Below, piece after piece: positions 36,672 through 46,561 of a DNA stretch of 64,000 bases; the stretch's first letter is position 1; each line of letters opens with the position of its first letter. The translations under genes were made by a program, and so were the position numbers. The notes below the pieces were generated by a model. That model saw only the letters and a program-made list of their open reading frames with translations, made no database searches and was not told where the DNA came from. The DNA comes from Escherichia phage ESCO5, in the sequence record NC_047776.2; one strand, given 5' to 3'.

Positions 36672-39600
36672 TCAATGACAGGATGCCCAGGAATTACCCA
36701 CGTCATATCCGGCAGTAAGCTGAACGTTAAGATTGTAAAATTCTCCAGCCTTAGTAACAGCTAAAGCAGCAAGTTCACCTGCCCGACTATAAGCTGTAAA
36801 CCATCCACCTTTGGGAGATTCATGAATGTTAGCCCAAATTTGCCCTGTCTCTTTTTCCTTATTATGCTTCCATTCTTCAACTTTAGCAAGGCATTCTTTA
36901 TCAATTTTCTTTTGTTCTTCAGGATCGTCTACTTTCTTCCAACCTAATGATTCAGGTGAAAACCATTTGAATTCTACAAGGTTACGAGAAACTTCAAGCT
37001 GGGCTTCATCGTGGTATGCAATCATTTGTTGCACGAAGTCTTTATTCTTCCAGTCATCTTTAAAGAAGTCAACACTTAGTCCTTCTTCTTCGATCATATC
37101 GTCATAAATAACCATTGCACGTTTAGCACAGATAACCCCACCACTTTGGAACAGAGAGTTAAGAATCGCGTGAGCAGAACGAGTAGGAACCTTACGACCG
37201 TCAATACCCAAAACATACTGTTTACCAGTCTTAACCCAGAAATCGTTTAAACGTTCTTTAAGACGCGCCAGTGGGAATGCAGCTTCCCAGAAAGCATCGA
37301 ACACCAGTTGCCCTGTAAACTTATCGCTACCAATTGTTTTAGCAACCTTGTCGGCTTGTGCACCATAGGTAATACCATACTTAACAGATTTAGCAGGACT
37401 ACGTTCAAATTTACGTCCAATAGTTTCAGTGATACGTTTTGCCATCATGGTATGAACATCGTTAGGCTTCTCTAACAAGAGAGCGTTACAGTATTCATGA
37501 GGCTCCGGTTCGTAGCGCCAACAGTTTCCTGTGATGGTAATGCAGTCTTTCTGACGCATGACCCACGTACCAAGTTCTGTTTGTGGACACCAAACATCCT
37601 CTACACCCCACTCTTCAATAGTCAAACTTTGAACAGGAATGTGAGAGCGGTTAGCCAATGTTACCACTTTTACTTTCTGCTCTTTTGTATTGAAAGCTAC
37701 AGAGATATTGCCTCCATGCACCAGGTACGAGGCAGTTAAAGCTGCTTCAAAAAGTTCACCTGGGTTCTGCGCCCAACGCCAAACAGGTTTTTGTTTATGT
37801 TCATGCCAGTAACCATCTGCAATCAAGAAACCTTCCAAGAAAGCTACACGCTCGGCATGAGACATATTAACTACACGCTCTACCCACGGAACATCCCATT
37901 TACCTTGTTGAACAGAAGTTAAACTATTTACCTGATCTTGTTCCATGTTAAATGGAGCATTACAAATAATATTATCTCCTGTGCAAAGCTCGGCAGTTGT
38001 TCTGACTTTAGGCACATAAGTATTCCCTTTACTACGGGTATTAACATACCAACGGTGATCTGCTGTTGCACGGTAAGTGTGTGATTTCCCTTTAATCTCA
38101 AACGTCTTACTATTTTTATAGAAGACCTTACCTTTTACTTTAGTCCATTCTTTCAGACCTGTTTCAGCATTGTACCCTAAAATCTCATCCCCTTCCTTCA
38201 GGTCGTGATATCCTACCCAACCTTTACGAGTCAAAGCTTGAGCATCCATCGGCACACAGTAATGCGACTCAATCTTTGCTTCCAAAGAGTCGAAGTCATA
38301 ACCGATCTGGAAATATTTAGGAACTTCTACACCAAACAAGTTACGCATCTCCCATCCAAACAAAGATGTGACACGAGGGATATTGGCTACAGACCTATGC
38401 TTCATACGAGAGGTTGCAGCATCACATGTAGCGGCTGGGGTAGGAATACGCCCATCTGCCCTTACTGCGGCTAAGAAACCTTTATCGTATTCTTGATCTT
38501 CTTCATCTTCTTCCCAATCAGCACCGCCACCTAAAATAGAGTTCCTACGATGCTTATACGTTAAGTATTCTACAATCTGAGTAGCATAAGGAAATTTCTC
38601 ACCCAAAGCTTGCAGGTTAGGACAGATTTCTTTTTCCTGACCTTTGGTAAAACATGGGTTAGTCAATACTTTAAGACCGCGACCTTTACCTTTTGCTATA
38701 CGCTCTTGAATCTTCCTTTCCAAGGTTTCCGGTGCGCACTCCAGATGATCACAACGGTCCTGACAAAAATTAGAAGATAAAGTTTGCTCAACGTAAGCTC
38801 GAATACCTTTCTGAAGTTCTTCCTCACTCTTTTTAATCTTGGTGCCAGATTTAAGAGTCAAATCTTTATCTTTATATTCCGATGGTACCCAACCTAATCC
38901 TACAAGCCAGTTTTTAATATGGGTTGTATCGTTCAATGTCGCAGGGATGTTAGGATCACACAGAGGCTCATCTGCTGCAACTGGCAGTTTCCACTCTTTC
39001 CCCAACATAACTAACCACCAATCGCCATCCCTCTCTTCCAAATGACCATCATGTTTTTTAGCAAAATTGATCATATGGTTAGTTGGTTCGAGGTTCTTTT
39101 TAATTTGCAATTTAGGCGGAATAAAAGCTTTAAGATAACCTTTTGTTGCTGGTTTAGGTGGCAAAATAGGCTCAACGAGTAAACGAAGACGCTCCATTTC
39201 TGCATCCAAAAAAGCAAGGTTCTCTTCTGCTTGCTTCATATTAAAAGCAAACCCACGGTGTTCCTGGCGCGTGATAATGTCTGCTACACGTTGTTCAAGT
39301 TCAAATGGACCTTCCCATTTATCATAATCACCCCATTCTTCCATAAGGTAGTTATATACGCTCGTATTGGCTTTGTTGTCATAGATACAGTAATAAAGCA
39401 TATCCGCAGCAAAAGTCTTAAATCGATCTTCTTCTGGAATCTCTTTACGGAAATCTATTTTTACATCACCACCTGCTTTTCGAGAAAGTGCTGCCAAGCT
39501 ATGTCCTGATTTGCCCTCAATCTTTCGATCTGGGTTTAACACTTTACTCAAAATCAAGGAGTCAATAAGTTTTACCTTATTTTTGCCCCACGTATTATAT

Positions 39601-40004
39601 TTAACACTGTAATCTAATCCATAAAACAGTTTTGTAGCCAACCAGTCGTAGTTGATACCGTTGTGAGCCACAGCCATTTCAACCAGATATTCAGGCTTGT
39701 CTTTAAAATAACCTTCATGATTAATAAAGTCTGGGAAATCTTTTAGTTGAAAATGCGTGTAATCTTGCGCCACATACTCTTTAAGAACATATGTATATTT
39801 ACCATCTGACTCTTCATAAGGACGCCCATCAAAGATGTATTTAGGGCCATCGTGGAAAGCTACTATTTCTCCTGTTTCATGGTTCTCTAAGACAATACAG
39901 TGCATTTGAAATGTGTCTTTGAGACGATAAGGACTAGCTAAATAATCAATAGTGTCATTATTCAACAATCCGTTTGCTTCAATATCCCATGTAAACTTAC
40001 TCAC
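36672..40004 (-). CDS. DNA polymerase, family A (T7 gp5-like), intein-containing
   Basis: 1110 aa; N-terminal exo motif WDIEANGL; motif A YDFDSLEAKI; motif B SPAKSVKYGITYGAQ; C-terminus ends ...SWASCH (T7: ...NWAICH). Confidence 0.9.
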   Translation of the reverse strand: MSKFTWDIEANGLLNNDTIDYLASPYRLKDTFQMHCIVLENHETGEIVAFHDGPKYIFDGRPYEESDGKYTYVLKEYVAQDYTHFQLKDFPDFINHEGYFKDKPEYLVEMAVAHNGINYDWLATKLFYGLDYSVKYNTWGKNKVKLIDSLILSKVLNPDRKIEGKSGHSLAALSRKAGGDVKIDFRKEIPEEDRFKTFAADMLYYCIYDNKANTSVYNYLMEEWGDYDKWEGPFELEQRVADIITRQEHRGFAFNMKQAEENLAFLDAEMERLRLLVEPILPPKPATKGYLKAFIPPKLQIKKNLEPTNHMINFAKKHDGHLEERDGDWWLVMLGKEWKLPVAADEPLCDPNIPATLNDTTHIKNWLVGLGWVPSEYKDKDLTLKSGTKIKKSEEELQKGIRAYVEQTLSSNFCQDRCDHLECAPETLERKIQERIAKGKGRGLKVLTNPCFTKGQEKEICPNLQALGEKFPYATQIVEYLTYKHRRNSILGGGADWEEDEEDQEYDKGFLAAVRADGRIPTPAATCDAATSRMKHRSVANIPRVTSLFGWEMRNLFGVEVPKYFQIGYDFDSLEAKIESHYCVPMDAQALTRKGWVGYHDLKEGDEILGYNAETGLKEWTKVKGKVFYKNSKTFEIKGKSHTYRATADHRWYVNTRSKGNTYVPKVRTTAELCTGDNIICNAPFNMEQDQVNSLTSVQQGKWDVPWVERVVNMSHAERVAFLEGFLIADGYWHEHKQKPVWRWAQNPGELFEAALTASYLVHGGNISVAFNTKEQKVKVVTLANRSHIPVQSLTIEEWGVEDVWCPQTELGTWVMRQKDCITITGNCWRYEPEPHEYCNALLLEKPNDVHTMMAKRITETIGRKFERSPAKSVKYGITYGAQADKVAKTIGSDKFTGQLVFDAFWEAAFPLARLKERLNDFWVKTGKQYVLGIDGRKVPTRSAHAILNSLFQSGGVICAKRAMVIYDDMIEEEGLSVDFFKDDWKNKDFVQQMIAYHDEAQLEVSRNLVEFKWFSPESLGWKKVDDPEEQKKIDKECLAKVEEWKHNKEKETGQIWANIHESPKGGWFTAYSRAGELAALAVTKAGEFYNLNVQLTAGYDVGNSWASCH
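37524..38258 (-). mobile_element. candidate intein with LAGLIDADG-type motif inserted in polymerase motif A
   Basis: Residues 583-827: starts with Cys (CVPMDAQAL), block B-like ATADHRWYV, LAGLIDADG-like AFLEGFLIADGY, ends ...ITGN followed by Cys; flanking extein aligns to T7 DASGLELRCLAHF / RFDNGEYAHEIL. Confidence 0.55.
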
Positions 40005-40798
40005 TATTCCTCCTTTCTAATGTTCTCCAGAACCCACTGAAGTTCTTTTAAACTTAAACTTCTTACTCCCGCAGTTTTACTAGCTTCAGCTTTAAGTAAC
40101 GGGTAAGCCTCAATGATACGCGTTTTAAGATCAGAAGTCAAGGCTTTTAAAAAATAGGTAGATGCTTCAGATAAAGAATCTTCTTCTGATAACACTTTAC
40201 CTGCACTTGCTCCCGCTCTCCTAACGGCTATATCGTAGTCTTTACTGTTACCTAATACGAATAGTCGATTCTCTCCTAAAACAACGGGAGAACGCTTCTC
40301 GTTGCGTTTAATCCATATCTGGAATACACAAGGAACATCCCAAGGTTCTCCATGAAGAATAAAAGATCCTTTTGGACATTCTTCTTCGTAAAGAAGATGC
40401 ATGTGGGGATTTAGTTTGTGTGCAAAAAAGATTTTTTGAAATGTGCGAGGCAAGATAAAACAAATACCACCTTCGTTATCCAACATTTCAGCACAATGGT
40501 TAAAGAACTTAATGGCAAGACTAGCATTTTTTCCAAACGGAGGATTACCGACAAAAGCAGTTACACTACCAACAGACTCAACAGATTGAGCTAAAAAATC
40601 TGCCTCAATACAATCTTCAAACTTAGGGTCAATATCAAAAGAAGTTATGTTTTTAAAACAAGAAGAGAAAGCTCCTTCTCCCGCAGATGGTTCTACGTAG
40701 TTAGCTTCCTCTCCAAAAATTTCTTTGATCTTATCACATAAGAACCCCGCATAAGCGGGGTTAGTGTAATATTGATCAAGTGTGTTCAACTTGCTCAA
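40004..40798 (-). CDS. N6-adenine-type (amino) methyltransferase, probable DNA MTase
   Basis: 264 aa; SAM-binding motif I VEPSAGEGAF and catalytic motif IV VGNPPFG in gamma-class order; stop overlaps polymerase start. Confidence 0.6.
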   Translation of the reverse strand: MSKLNTLDQYYTNPAYAGFLCDKIKEIFGEEANYVEPSAGEGAFSSCFKNITSFDIDPKFEDCIEADFLAQSVESVGSVTAFVGNPPFGKNASLAIKFFNHCAEMLDNEGGICFILPRTFQKIFFAHKLNPHMHLLYEEECPKGSFILHGEPWDVPCVFQIWIKRNEKRSPVVLGENRLFVLGNSKDYDIAVRRAGASAGKVLSEEDSLSEASTYFLKALTSDLKTRIIEAYPLLKAEASKTAGVRSLSLKELQWVLENIRKEE

Positions 40799-40807
40799 TA
40801 GTCCTCC

Positions 40808-41239
40808 TTAGTTGTTAGCGAACTCAATAGTGAGGTCAACTTTACCATCGTCAGAAATAACCATGTTTTTGGTATTTTTAAAGATGATATCTACTTTACC
40901 TTCACTTACACGACAGAATGCAACACCATCTGCAACTTTATCGATATAATATTTGTAAGAAAGAATACCCACTTTACTACGACCAGCACCTTTTGTGAAA
41001 GAAGGGCTTACATCGAAACGGAAACCTTTAGAAGAAACAACACGGTAAGAACGTCCAGTTGGAAGATGTTCAATAACAGAGACATTGTTCTCAACAACTT
41101 TTACAGCAAACTCTTCAGGATGATCCTCAACAATCATATGTGGGATGGCAAATGCCAACGCTTGTTTGTGTTTAATAACACCAGCACCCAGAGCACCAGC
41201 AGCTTTAACTTTTGCATTCAGATCGATTGTCATACGCAT
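40808..41239 (-). CDS. hypothetical protein
   Basis: 143 aa ORF. Confidence 0.5.
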   Translation of the reverse strand: MRMTIDLNAKVKAAGALGAGVIKHKQALAFAIPHMIVEDHPEEFAVKVVENNVSVIEHLPTGRSYRVVSSKGFRFDVSPSFTKGAGRSKVGILSYKYYIDKVADGVAFCRVSEGKVDIIFKNTKNMVISDDGKVDLTIEFANN

Positions 41240-41304
41240 TTTTACTTCTCCTCTTGTTTGGTTGATGAGACAAGTATAAGTCCCTTCCGTAAAGTTGTCA
41301 ACAG

Positions 41305-41333
41305 GTATTTTTAATAAAAGGGCCGAAGCCCTT
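41305..41333 (-). terminator. rho-independent terminator after primase-helicase gene
   Basis: On minus strand AAGGGC-uucg-GCCCUU followed by UUUAUUAAAAAU. Confidence 0.55.
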
Positions 41334-43110
41334 AATAATTGCTATCCGTAGGCAAATTAGCAGGATTGTTGAAATACTGCTCTTTGTCATGCAGAGTTGC
41401 AGTTCTAATGTCATAGTAAAACTGCCCTGCCGGACCAGTTTCCGAGAACTCACGGTTTTTTAGGATAAAGCAATGAGTCGTATTGCGTTCTACAGGGTCT
41501 TCAGCGGCTTTATCTCGTTCCAAAGCCAAGGTAATACCAGCACCTTTAGCCAAGAAACTACTACCCATTGCATCGTCCTCTGTTAAGTGTTCATTGCCAC
41601 CATTAGCCGATTTCTTAACGTGTGAGATGACGATAATAGTTATAGCATACTCTTTCATGATGCGCTTCAACCATGTTGCTAACTCTTCCTGGGCTTGAAC
41701 ATCCATACCAGAAAGCAAATCAGAATAAGGGTCGATAACAAGAATTGTTACTCCAAAATAGATGATCATCTCCAAAACTTTTTCTTTGATAGACTCCACA
41801 TCTGCTCCACGATCATCACACACATAAAAACGTGGTGATCCATCTTCTCTTTCGTAAAAATCCAGGATTTTTTCTTTATTCTCTTCCAAGATTTGAAATT
41901 TCTCTTCCGGTGTTTTCCTGTGTAGAGGAATATGCAGGAACGAGGACAACAGGTTACGAGAATATTTCTTATAAGTTGCTTCCAAGGACAGAATACCTAG
42001 GGTATGTTCTGGGTGCGCAACAATAATATGTTTGGTGATCTCGTTCACCATCAAAGTTTTACCGATACTGGTCTTTGCCAGGATGACTGTAATCTCTTCC
42101 TCTACTAAACCACCACCCAGCATATTTGCAGCAACACGCATAAAAGGAGGCAAGGTAATCATCTTGGATTCCAAGCATTCTAATGCAGCTTCATACAAGA
42201 CATTAGAAGCATAAACACCTGCTGGGGTGTATAGACGAGCACTCCAAAAAGCTTTTACGAAATCTTTTGCACGACCTTCTTCCAGATACTGATTGGCATC
42301 CTTAAGATCCATCTGCATACGATAGACTTTGTTACGAGGCAGCACCTTAACAATATTTTCAAATGCCTCATTACCTGCTTTGTCGTTATCCATGCAAACA
42401 ATAATCTTCTTAAATTTTTCAAAGAAAGGATATTGTGCCTGAACTTGTTTATACATACTGGTTTCACCAGTTGTGCCACTTACTACGGCTGGAAGCTCAT
42501 ATTTACTGTCCAAGTTTTCAGATAGCATTTGATAAGCTGCCAGAGCATCGTGTTCACCACCTGTAATTACAACAGTATGAGAACGGTCTGCAAAACGAAT
42601 TTGTCCAAAAAGATCTACATCTTTACCTACTTGACCAATAGGTTTACTGAAATCTTTAGGATGAATACGACGCTTAAAACCAACCAATTCTTTACCGATG
42701 GTAGTCGGATATAAACAACTTTCTACTACCATCTGATCTCCTTCCTGACGGTATTCATAACGAACACCATAGAAAGATGAAACTTTTTCTTTAATGCCTC
42801 GATAACCACGTGGGTTGGTTGATGTTTCTTGAACAATTTTACGATGAATCTGTTTATTAAATTCCGAACCCACAATCTCCTCCTCTTCTTCTAAAACTTC
42901 ACCATTTTCTCGTAACCATTCTACGCTAGGAATAGTGTATTCACACGCAAAGCACTTAGCACCTTTATGCTCTCCATTAGAATCTAATCCGTAAACCATC
43001 AGGTTATTACGAGAGCGATCCTTGCCATTTTTCATGCAGCGCGGACAACCTGTATGTCCTTCCTTGCTAAGATCAACATCAAATCCATATTTAGTTATAA
43101 TGTGCGACAC
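41332..43110 (-). CDS. bifunctional DNA primase-helicase (T7 gp4-like)
   Basis: 592 aa; N-terminal zinc ribbon CPRC...CFAC; TOPRIM-like IIVCMDNDKAGNEA; Walker A ILAKTSIGKT and Walker B LVIDPYSDL in C-terminal helicase half. Confidence 0.85.
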   Translation of the reverse strand: MSHIITKYGFDVDLSKEGHTGCPRCMKNGKDRSRNNLMVYGLDSNGEHKGAKCFACEYTIPSVEWLRENGEVLEEEEEIVGSEFNKQIHRKIVQETSTNPRGYRGIKEKVSSFYGVRYEYRQEGDQMVVESCLYPTTIGKELVGFKRRIHPKDFSKPIGQVGKDVDLFGQIRFADRSHTVVITGGEHDALAAYQMLSENLDSKYELPAVVSGTTGETSMYKQVQAQYPFFEKFKKIIVCMDNDKAGNEAFENIVKVLPRNKVYRMQMDLKDANQYLEEGRAKDFVKAFWSARLYTPAGVYASNVLYEAALECLESKMITLPPFMRVAANMLGGGLVEEEITVILAKTSIGKTLMVNEITKHIIVAHPEHTLGILSLEATYKKYSRNLLSSFLHIPLHRKTPEEKFQILEENKEKILDFYEREDGSPRFYVCDDRGADVESIKEKVLEMIIYFGVTILVIDPYSDLLSGMDVQAQEELATWLKRIMKEYAITIIVISHVKKSANGGNEHLTEDDAMGSSFLAKGAGITLALERDKAAEDPVERNTTHCFILKNREFSETGPAGQFYYDIRTATLHDKEQYFNNPANLPTDSNY

Positions 43111-43122
43111 TTTGTTCTCCTG

Positions 43123-43401
43123 TTAAAATGGTTCGTTAGTCTCCATCATATATTCTGCTTCTAGTTCTTCCATGTGCTTTCTAAATTGGAAAGCAATTTC
43201 TGCTACAGTTACATTTAAATCTTTTTCAAAAACTTCTGTAGATCCTTCATAAAAACGAATACCGTCAATTAAAAGCCCTCCGTGGTAATCCCAATCGCTT
43301 TCACGAGAAAGTGGATTAGGTTCTTCATAATAGTAATCCACCTCCACAACCAAGGCTTTCCCGTTACGAGTGGTGTATTCAAAATCAAAAGTGTTAATCA
43401 T
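43123..43401 (-). CDS. hypothetical protein
   Basis: 92 aa ORF. Confidence 0.5.
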   Translation of the reverse strand: MINTFDFEYTTRNGKALVVEVDYYYEEPNPLSRESDWDYHGGLLIDGIRFYEGSTEVFEKDLNVTVAEIAFQFRKHMEELEAEYMMETNEPF

Positions 43402-44345
43402 TATAGCTCCTCAAATAAAAGTCTACGACGCTCATTCAACACATCAATGTGATAATGAGTCCTGACATACTTAGCTAATGCTAATCCTTTCTCCATGCAA
43501 ACATCGGGAGCACTTAATAAGTATTCCGTAATATCTTTCCACTCGGAAGGTGTTTCAGCAAAGAATAACAAATCTTTAAACTCTTGTGTATGATAATTCT
43601 CACGAGGAGAGCAGATTAAAGGTAAACCCTTAGCACCTGCCTCAAGAATTTTAAGATTGCTTTTTGCATTATTAAACACGTTATCGATCAATGGTGCAAG
43701 ACTGATTTGATGACCATCGTAAGATTCCATGTAGTAGGCATATGGTCTTACACCTTCATAAACACAAGTTGGTGCTACATTTTCCCTGATTAAAGACCAT
43801 TCACGACTACTTAAAACTTCAGAATCCCTACGAAAACCACATATTGTAAGATCTTTACCAAAATCGGGCAAGATAGCCAAATCTTGTTTATGTGTTTCAC
43901 TTCCAGCCCAGACTAATGGAGTTTTGGAGTAGCGATCACGGGTCAACACAAATTGACCTTCATCGTAAGGAAGTCCATTAGGGATTATGTGCACATTATC
44001 ATTGTATTGTGAAAGTTCAACTTGCAAGGCAGGTGTCGTAGTTGTAACAAGATCACTGTGCTCTAAAAACCATTTTAAATGTTCACGAATACCTGATTCA
44101 AAAATACCTTCTAACATGTGTCCTTTTGGAATAACTAAAGAGTCATCCAAATCCATAACCATTTTAAAGCCCAGGTTTTTAAGGGCTAAAAAGCCCTCTT
44201 TACCTTTTGTTGGCACTCCGTTAAAAACGAAAACGTTGTGTTTAGGTTGTGAAGAGAACTGCCTTGAGTAAGGCAGCACTACCCTATGGAAATCGCAGAC
44301 ACTATAATTGATTCCGTTACGATTGTCAAGAATTATTTGTCCCAT
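43401..44345 (-). CDS. putative GT-B fold glycosyltransferase (paralog 1)
   Basis: 314 aa; C-terminal NAKSNLKILEAGAKGLPLICS resembles GT-B donor-binding motif; paralogous to adjacent gene. Confidence 0.5.
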   Translation of the reverse strand: MGQIILDNRNGINYSVCDFHRVVLPYSRQFSSQPKHNVFVFNGVPTKGKEGFLALKNLGFKMVMDLDDSLVIPKGHMLEGIFESGIREHLKWFLEHSDLVTTTTPALQVELSQYNDNVHIIPNGLPYDEGQFVLTRDRYSKTPLVWAGSETHKQDLAILPDFGKDLTICGFRRDSEVLSSREWSLIRENVAPTCVYEGVRPYAYYMESYDGHQISLAPLIDNVFNNAKSNLKILEAGAKGLPLICSPRENYHTQEFKDLLFFAETPSEWKDITEYLLSAPDVCMEKGLALAKYVRTHYHIDVLNERRRLLFEEL

Positions 44346-44352
44346 ACTTCAC

Positions 44353-45300
44353 CTACAAACTTTCAATAACCTGGCGTCGCAATTCGTTTGCATCTGCCAG
44401 ATTATAATGTGTTCGAACATGTTCCGCTAAGAACAAGCCGCGATCTTCCCGATAGTTCGGATTGCGAAGAAGCTTAACAATTTCGTAATGCCATTCAGCT
44501 TTATTCTCTGCGTAAGCAACAGCGCGAGCATCTACAGGGTTAAAATAAGGTAATACCTTAGAACAAACAATCGGAATACCTTTTGCCCCAGCTTCAAGGA
44601 TTTTGAGATTACTTTTACAATTATTAAAATCATTGTCTACCAAAGGAGCTATAGCAATAGCATGACTTTCGTAAACACTCATGTAATTATCTAAATCTTT
44701 TACAGCAGCTTTATATTTGGCGTTTGGTAAATTTCTACGGATCTTAATCCACTCTTGCCCTGTGATACTCTGCGATGCTTCATATCCTGCAATAGTAAGA
44801 AGTTCATCATCGAAAGTATTAGAGACTAGTCGTAAATCGGGTTCGTGACTAGCACCGCCAGCCCATACAACAGGGGTACCGGATGAACGATCATTTGACA
44901 AAGTGAATTGTCCGCTATCAAAAGGAAGTGCATTTCGGATCACAACAACATTCCTATTTAAGTGACGGATCTTATATGCCAAATATTCCGTAGTCACAAT
45001 GACCACATCGGCAAGCTTAACCATAGCTACAATAGCATGAGTGTTTGACTCATATAAACTTGCTAAATAATGTTCTGGATTAAGTTGGTAGAAATCATCT
45101 AAATCTACAACAATCTTAACACCTTGACGTTTCAGTGACAGAACATATTCTGCCCCTTTAGAATGAATACGGTTAAACACGACAACATCTTTCTTAGGCT
45201 GAAAATTATTGTTGTTAAATGGTATAACAATACGATGATAATCACAACCACTGTGAGGTTTTGCATCAATTTTCAGTTTAGTCCATTTTTTATTTGACAT
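44353..45300 (-). CDS. putative GT-B fold glycosyltransferase (paralog 2)
   Basis: Start moved to ATG with GAGGAGG RBS, giving 315 aa, matching paralog length; shares CDYHRIVIPF / CDFHRVVLPY and KSNLKILEAGAKGIPIVCS motifs. Confidence 0.5.
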   Translation of the reverse strand: MSNKKWTKLKIDAKPHSGCDYHRIVIPFNNNNFQPKKDVVVFNRIHSKGAEYVLSLKRQGVKIVVDLDDFYQLNPEHYLASLYESNTHAIVAMVKLADVVIVTTEYLAYKIRHLNRNVVVIRNALPFDSGQFTLSNDRSSGTPVVWAGGASHEPDLRLVSNTFDDELLTIAGYEASQSITGQEWIKIRRNLPNAKYKAAVKDLDNYMSVYESHAIAIAPLVDNDFNNCKSNLKILEAGAKGIPIVCSKVLPYFNPVDARAVAYAENKAEWHYEIVKLLRNPNYREDRGLFLAEHVRTHYNLADANELRRQVIESL

Positions 45301-45973
45301 GTGCCAGTGCCTCCTCATAAGAAATTCGGATTTTCCCATTTTTAATATCTTCTAAAGACGCTTTATATTCTTCCCAGTTAATGCCAATAGCAACTTCTTT
45401 CTCTTCTTTTGTCAGATTAGCAAAAGGCATAGGATTGTTTCCAAAAACATCGTCTGGGTGGATATAAGCCATGATACGAAGTGGACAAGGTATTGCCTGA
45501 ATGCCCTGATTCAAACCAGCAGCTTTCAAACGGTGTACCCATTCAGCATCTTCAAAACCATAGCCGTGAGTGTAAGGGCGGAAATAACCCATCTTCTCAA
45601 CAACGGCACGAGAATACATTGCAAATTGACACATTGCAAGTTCCCAGAGAATAACTTCTCCTTTACTCCCAACAACTTTATCTTTGAAATACTCCGGCAT
45701 ACCAAAGAAATCCCATCCTCCAGAGACAGCTTGATCTACAAAATATGTTTCCCATCCCTCCATGATTGGGTAGCAATCGTCGTCAAAAATAAACCAATAA
45801 TCATAACCTTCTTCATAAAACTGGTGCATAAGTTCATTCCTGGCGTAAGCTACACCTTTACGATCTGGATCGTTGAATACTCGAAAATCTGCATGTGGAT
45901 CTGTTACAAGGTAGTCTTTAAGTGGACGGACACCTACAGTGATAACACCCACTCCGATTTTAATATTTTCCAT
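45290..45973 (-). CDS. putative GT-A fold glycosyltransferase
   Basis: 227 aa; DxD-type motif in WFIFDDDCYP and GYGFEDAEWVHRL motif typical of family-2-like transferases. Confidence 0.5.
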   Translation of the reverse strand: MENIKIGVGVITVGVRPLKDYLVTDPHADFRVFNDPDRKGVAYARNELMHQFYEEGYDYWFIFDDDCYPIMEGWETYFVDQAVSGGWDFFGMPEYFKDKVVGSKGEVILWELAMCQFAMYSRAVVEKMGYFRPYTHGYGFEDAEWVHRLKAAGLNQGIQAIPCPLRIMAYIHPDDVFGNNPMPFANLTKEEKEVAIGINWEEYKASLEDIKNGKIRISYEEALAHVK

Positions 45974-45981
45974 TTTCTCTC

Positions 45982-46545
45982 CTAAATAGTTTTACTGTGA
46001 TCGTGACAGTGTAATAAATGATGTATAGACCGTTGAGGATTTGTTTGACCTAATCTGTAAATGTGAAACAGATACATTCCCCGCATCAATCCTAACCTCT
46101 TTCCTTTTTCATGTAAAGTGCGAGAGAAAATTAAGTCGAATTGGATAGATTTTTCTTCGAAAGGAATTTCATTCCACAATGATTTTCTAAAAAGCAAAAA
46201 GAAACCTGCCAGAGGTGTTCCGAAAGGAACTTCTTCAACACTCACTTTATGATATTCTCTTGCAATCTTAGCATATTCTATATGGTTTAGAATATCTGGA
46301 TCATCGTTAATTTGGTTAGAGAAAAGCTGATAACCACTACCTAACCTGTTACAAGTTGCACCTATTACATCAAAAGGCGGGTTTGACATAACAAGCTCTT
46401 CAAGCATAGATGGTTGATCAGGCAGGAGGAACATTGTATCGGTATCTCTTAAGCACACCCAACTATCATCTGGAAGAACGGCAATAGCTTCATTGATAGC
46501 CTTGCCGATATTTCCTGTCAGATAGGGAGTAATATAATAAATCAT
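45982..46545 (-). CDS. putative nucleotide-sugar transferase-like protein
   Basis: 187 aa; N-terminal Rossmann-like MIYYITPY...IGKAINEAI and CLRDTDTMF (DxD-like). Confidence 0.35.
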   Translation of the reverse strand: MIYYITPYLTGNIGKAINEAIAVLPDDSWVCLRDTDTMFLLPDQPSMLEELVMSNPPFDVIGATCNRLGSGYQLFSNQINDDPDILNHIEYAKIAREYHKVSVEEVPFGTPLAGFFLLFRKSLWNEIPFEEKSIQFDLIFSRTLHEKGKRLGLMRGMYLFHIYRLGQTNPQRSIHHLLHCHDHSKTI

Positions 46546-46561
46546 TCTCCCCTCCGTTATA

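Noticed and set aside
36826-39509. Several 60-90-aa plus-strand ORFs within the DNA polymerase region
   Set aside because: All are antisense to the polymerase gene, which has continuous family A motifs; none has an RBS.
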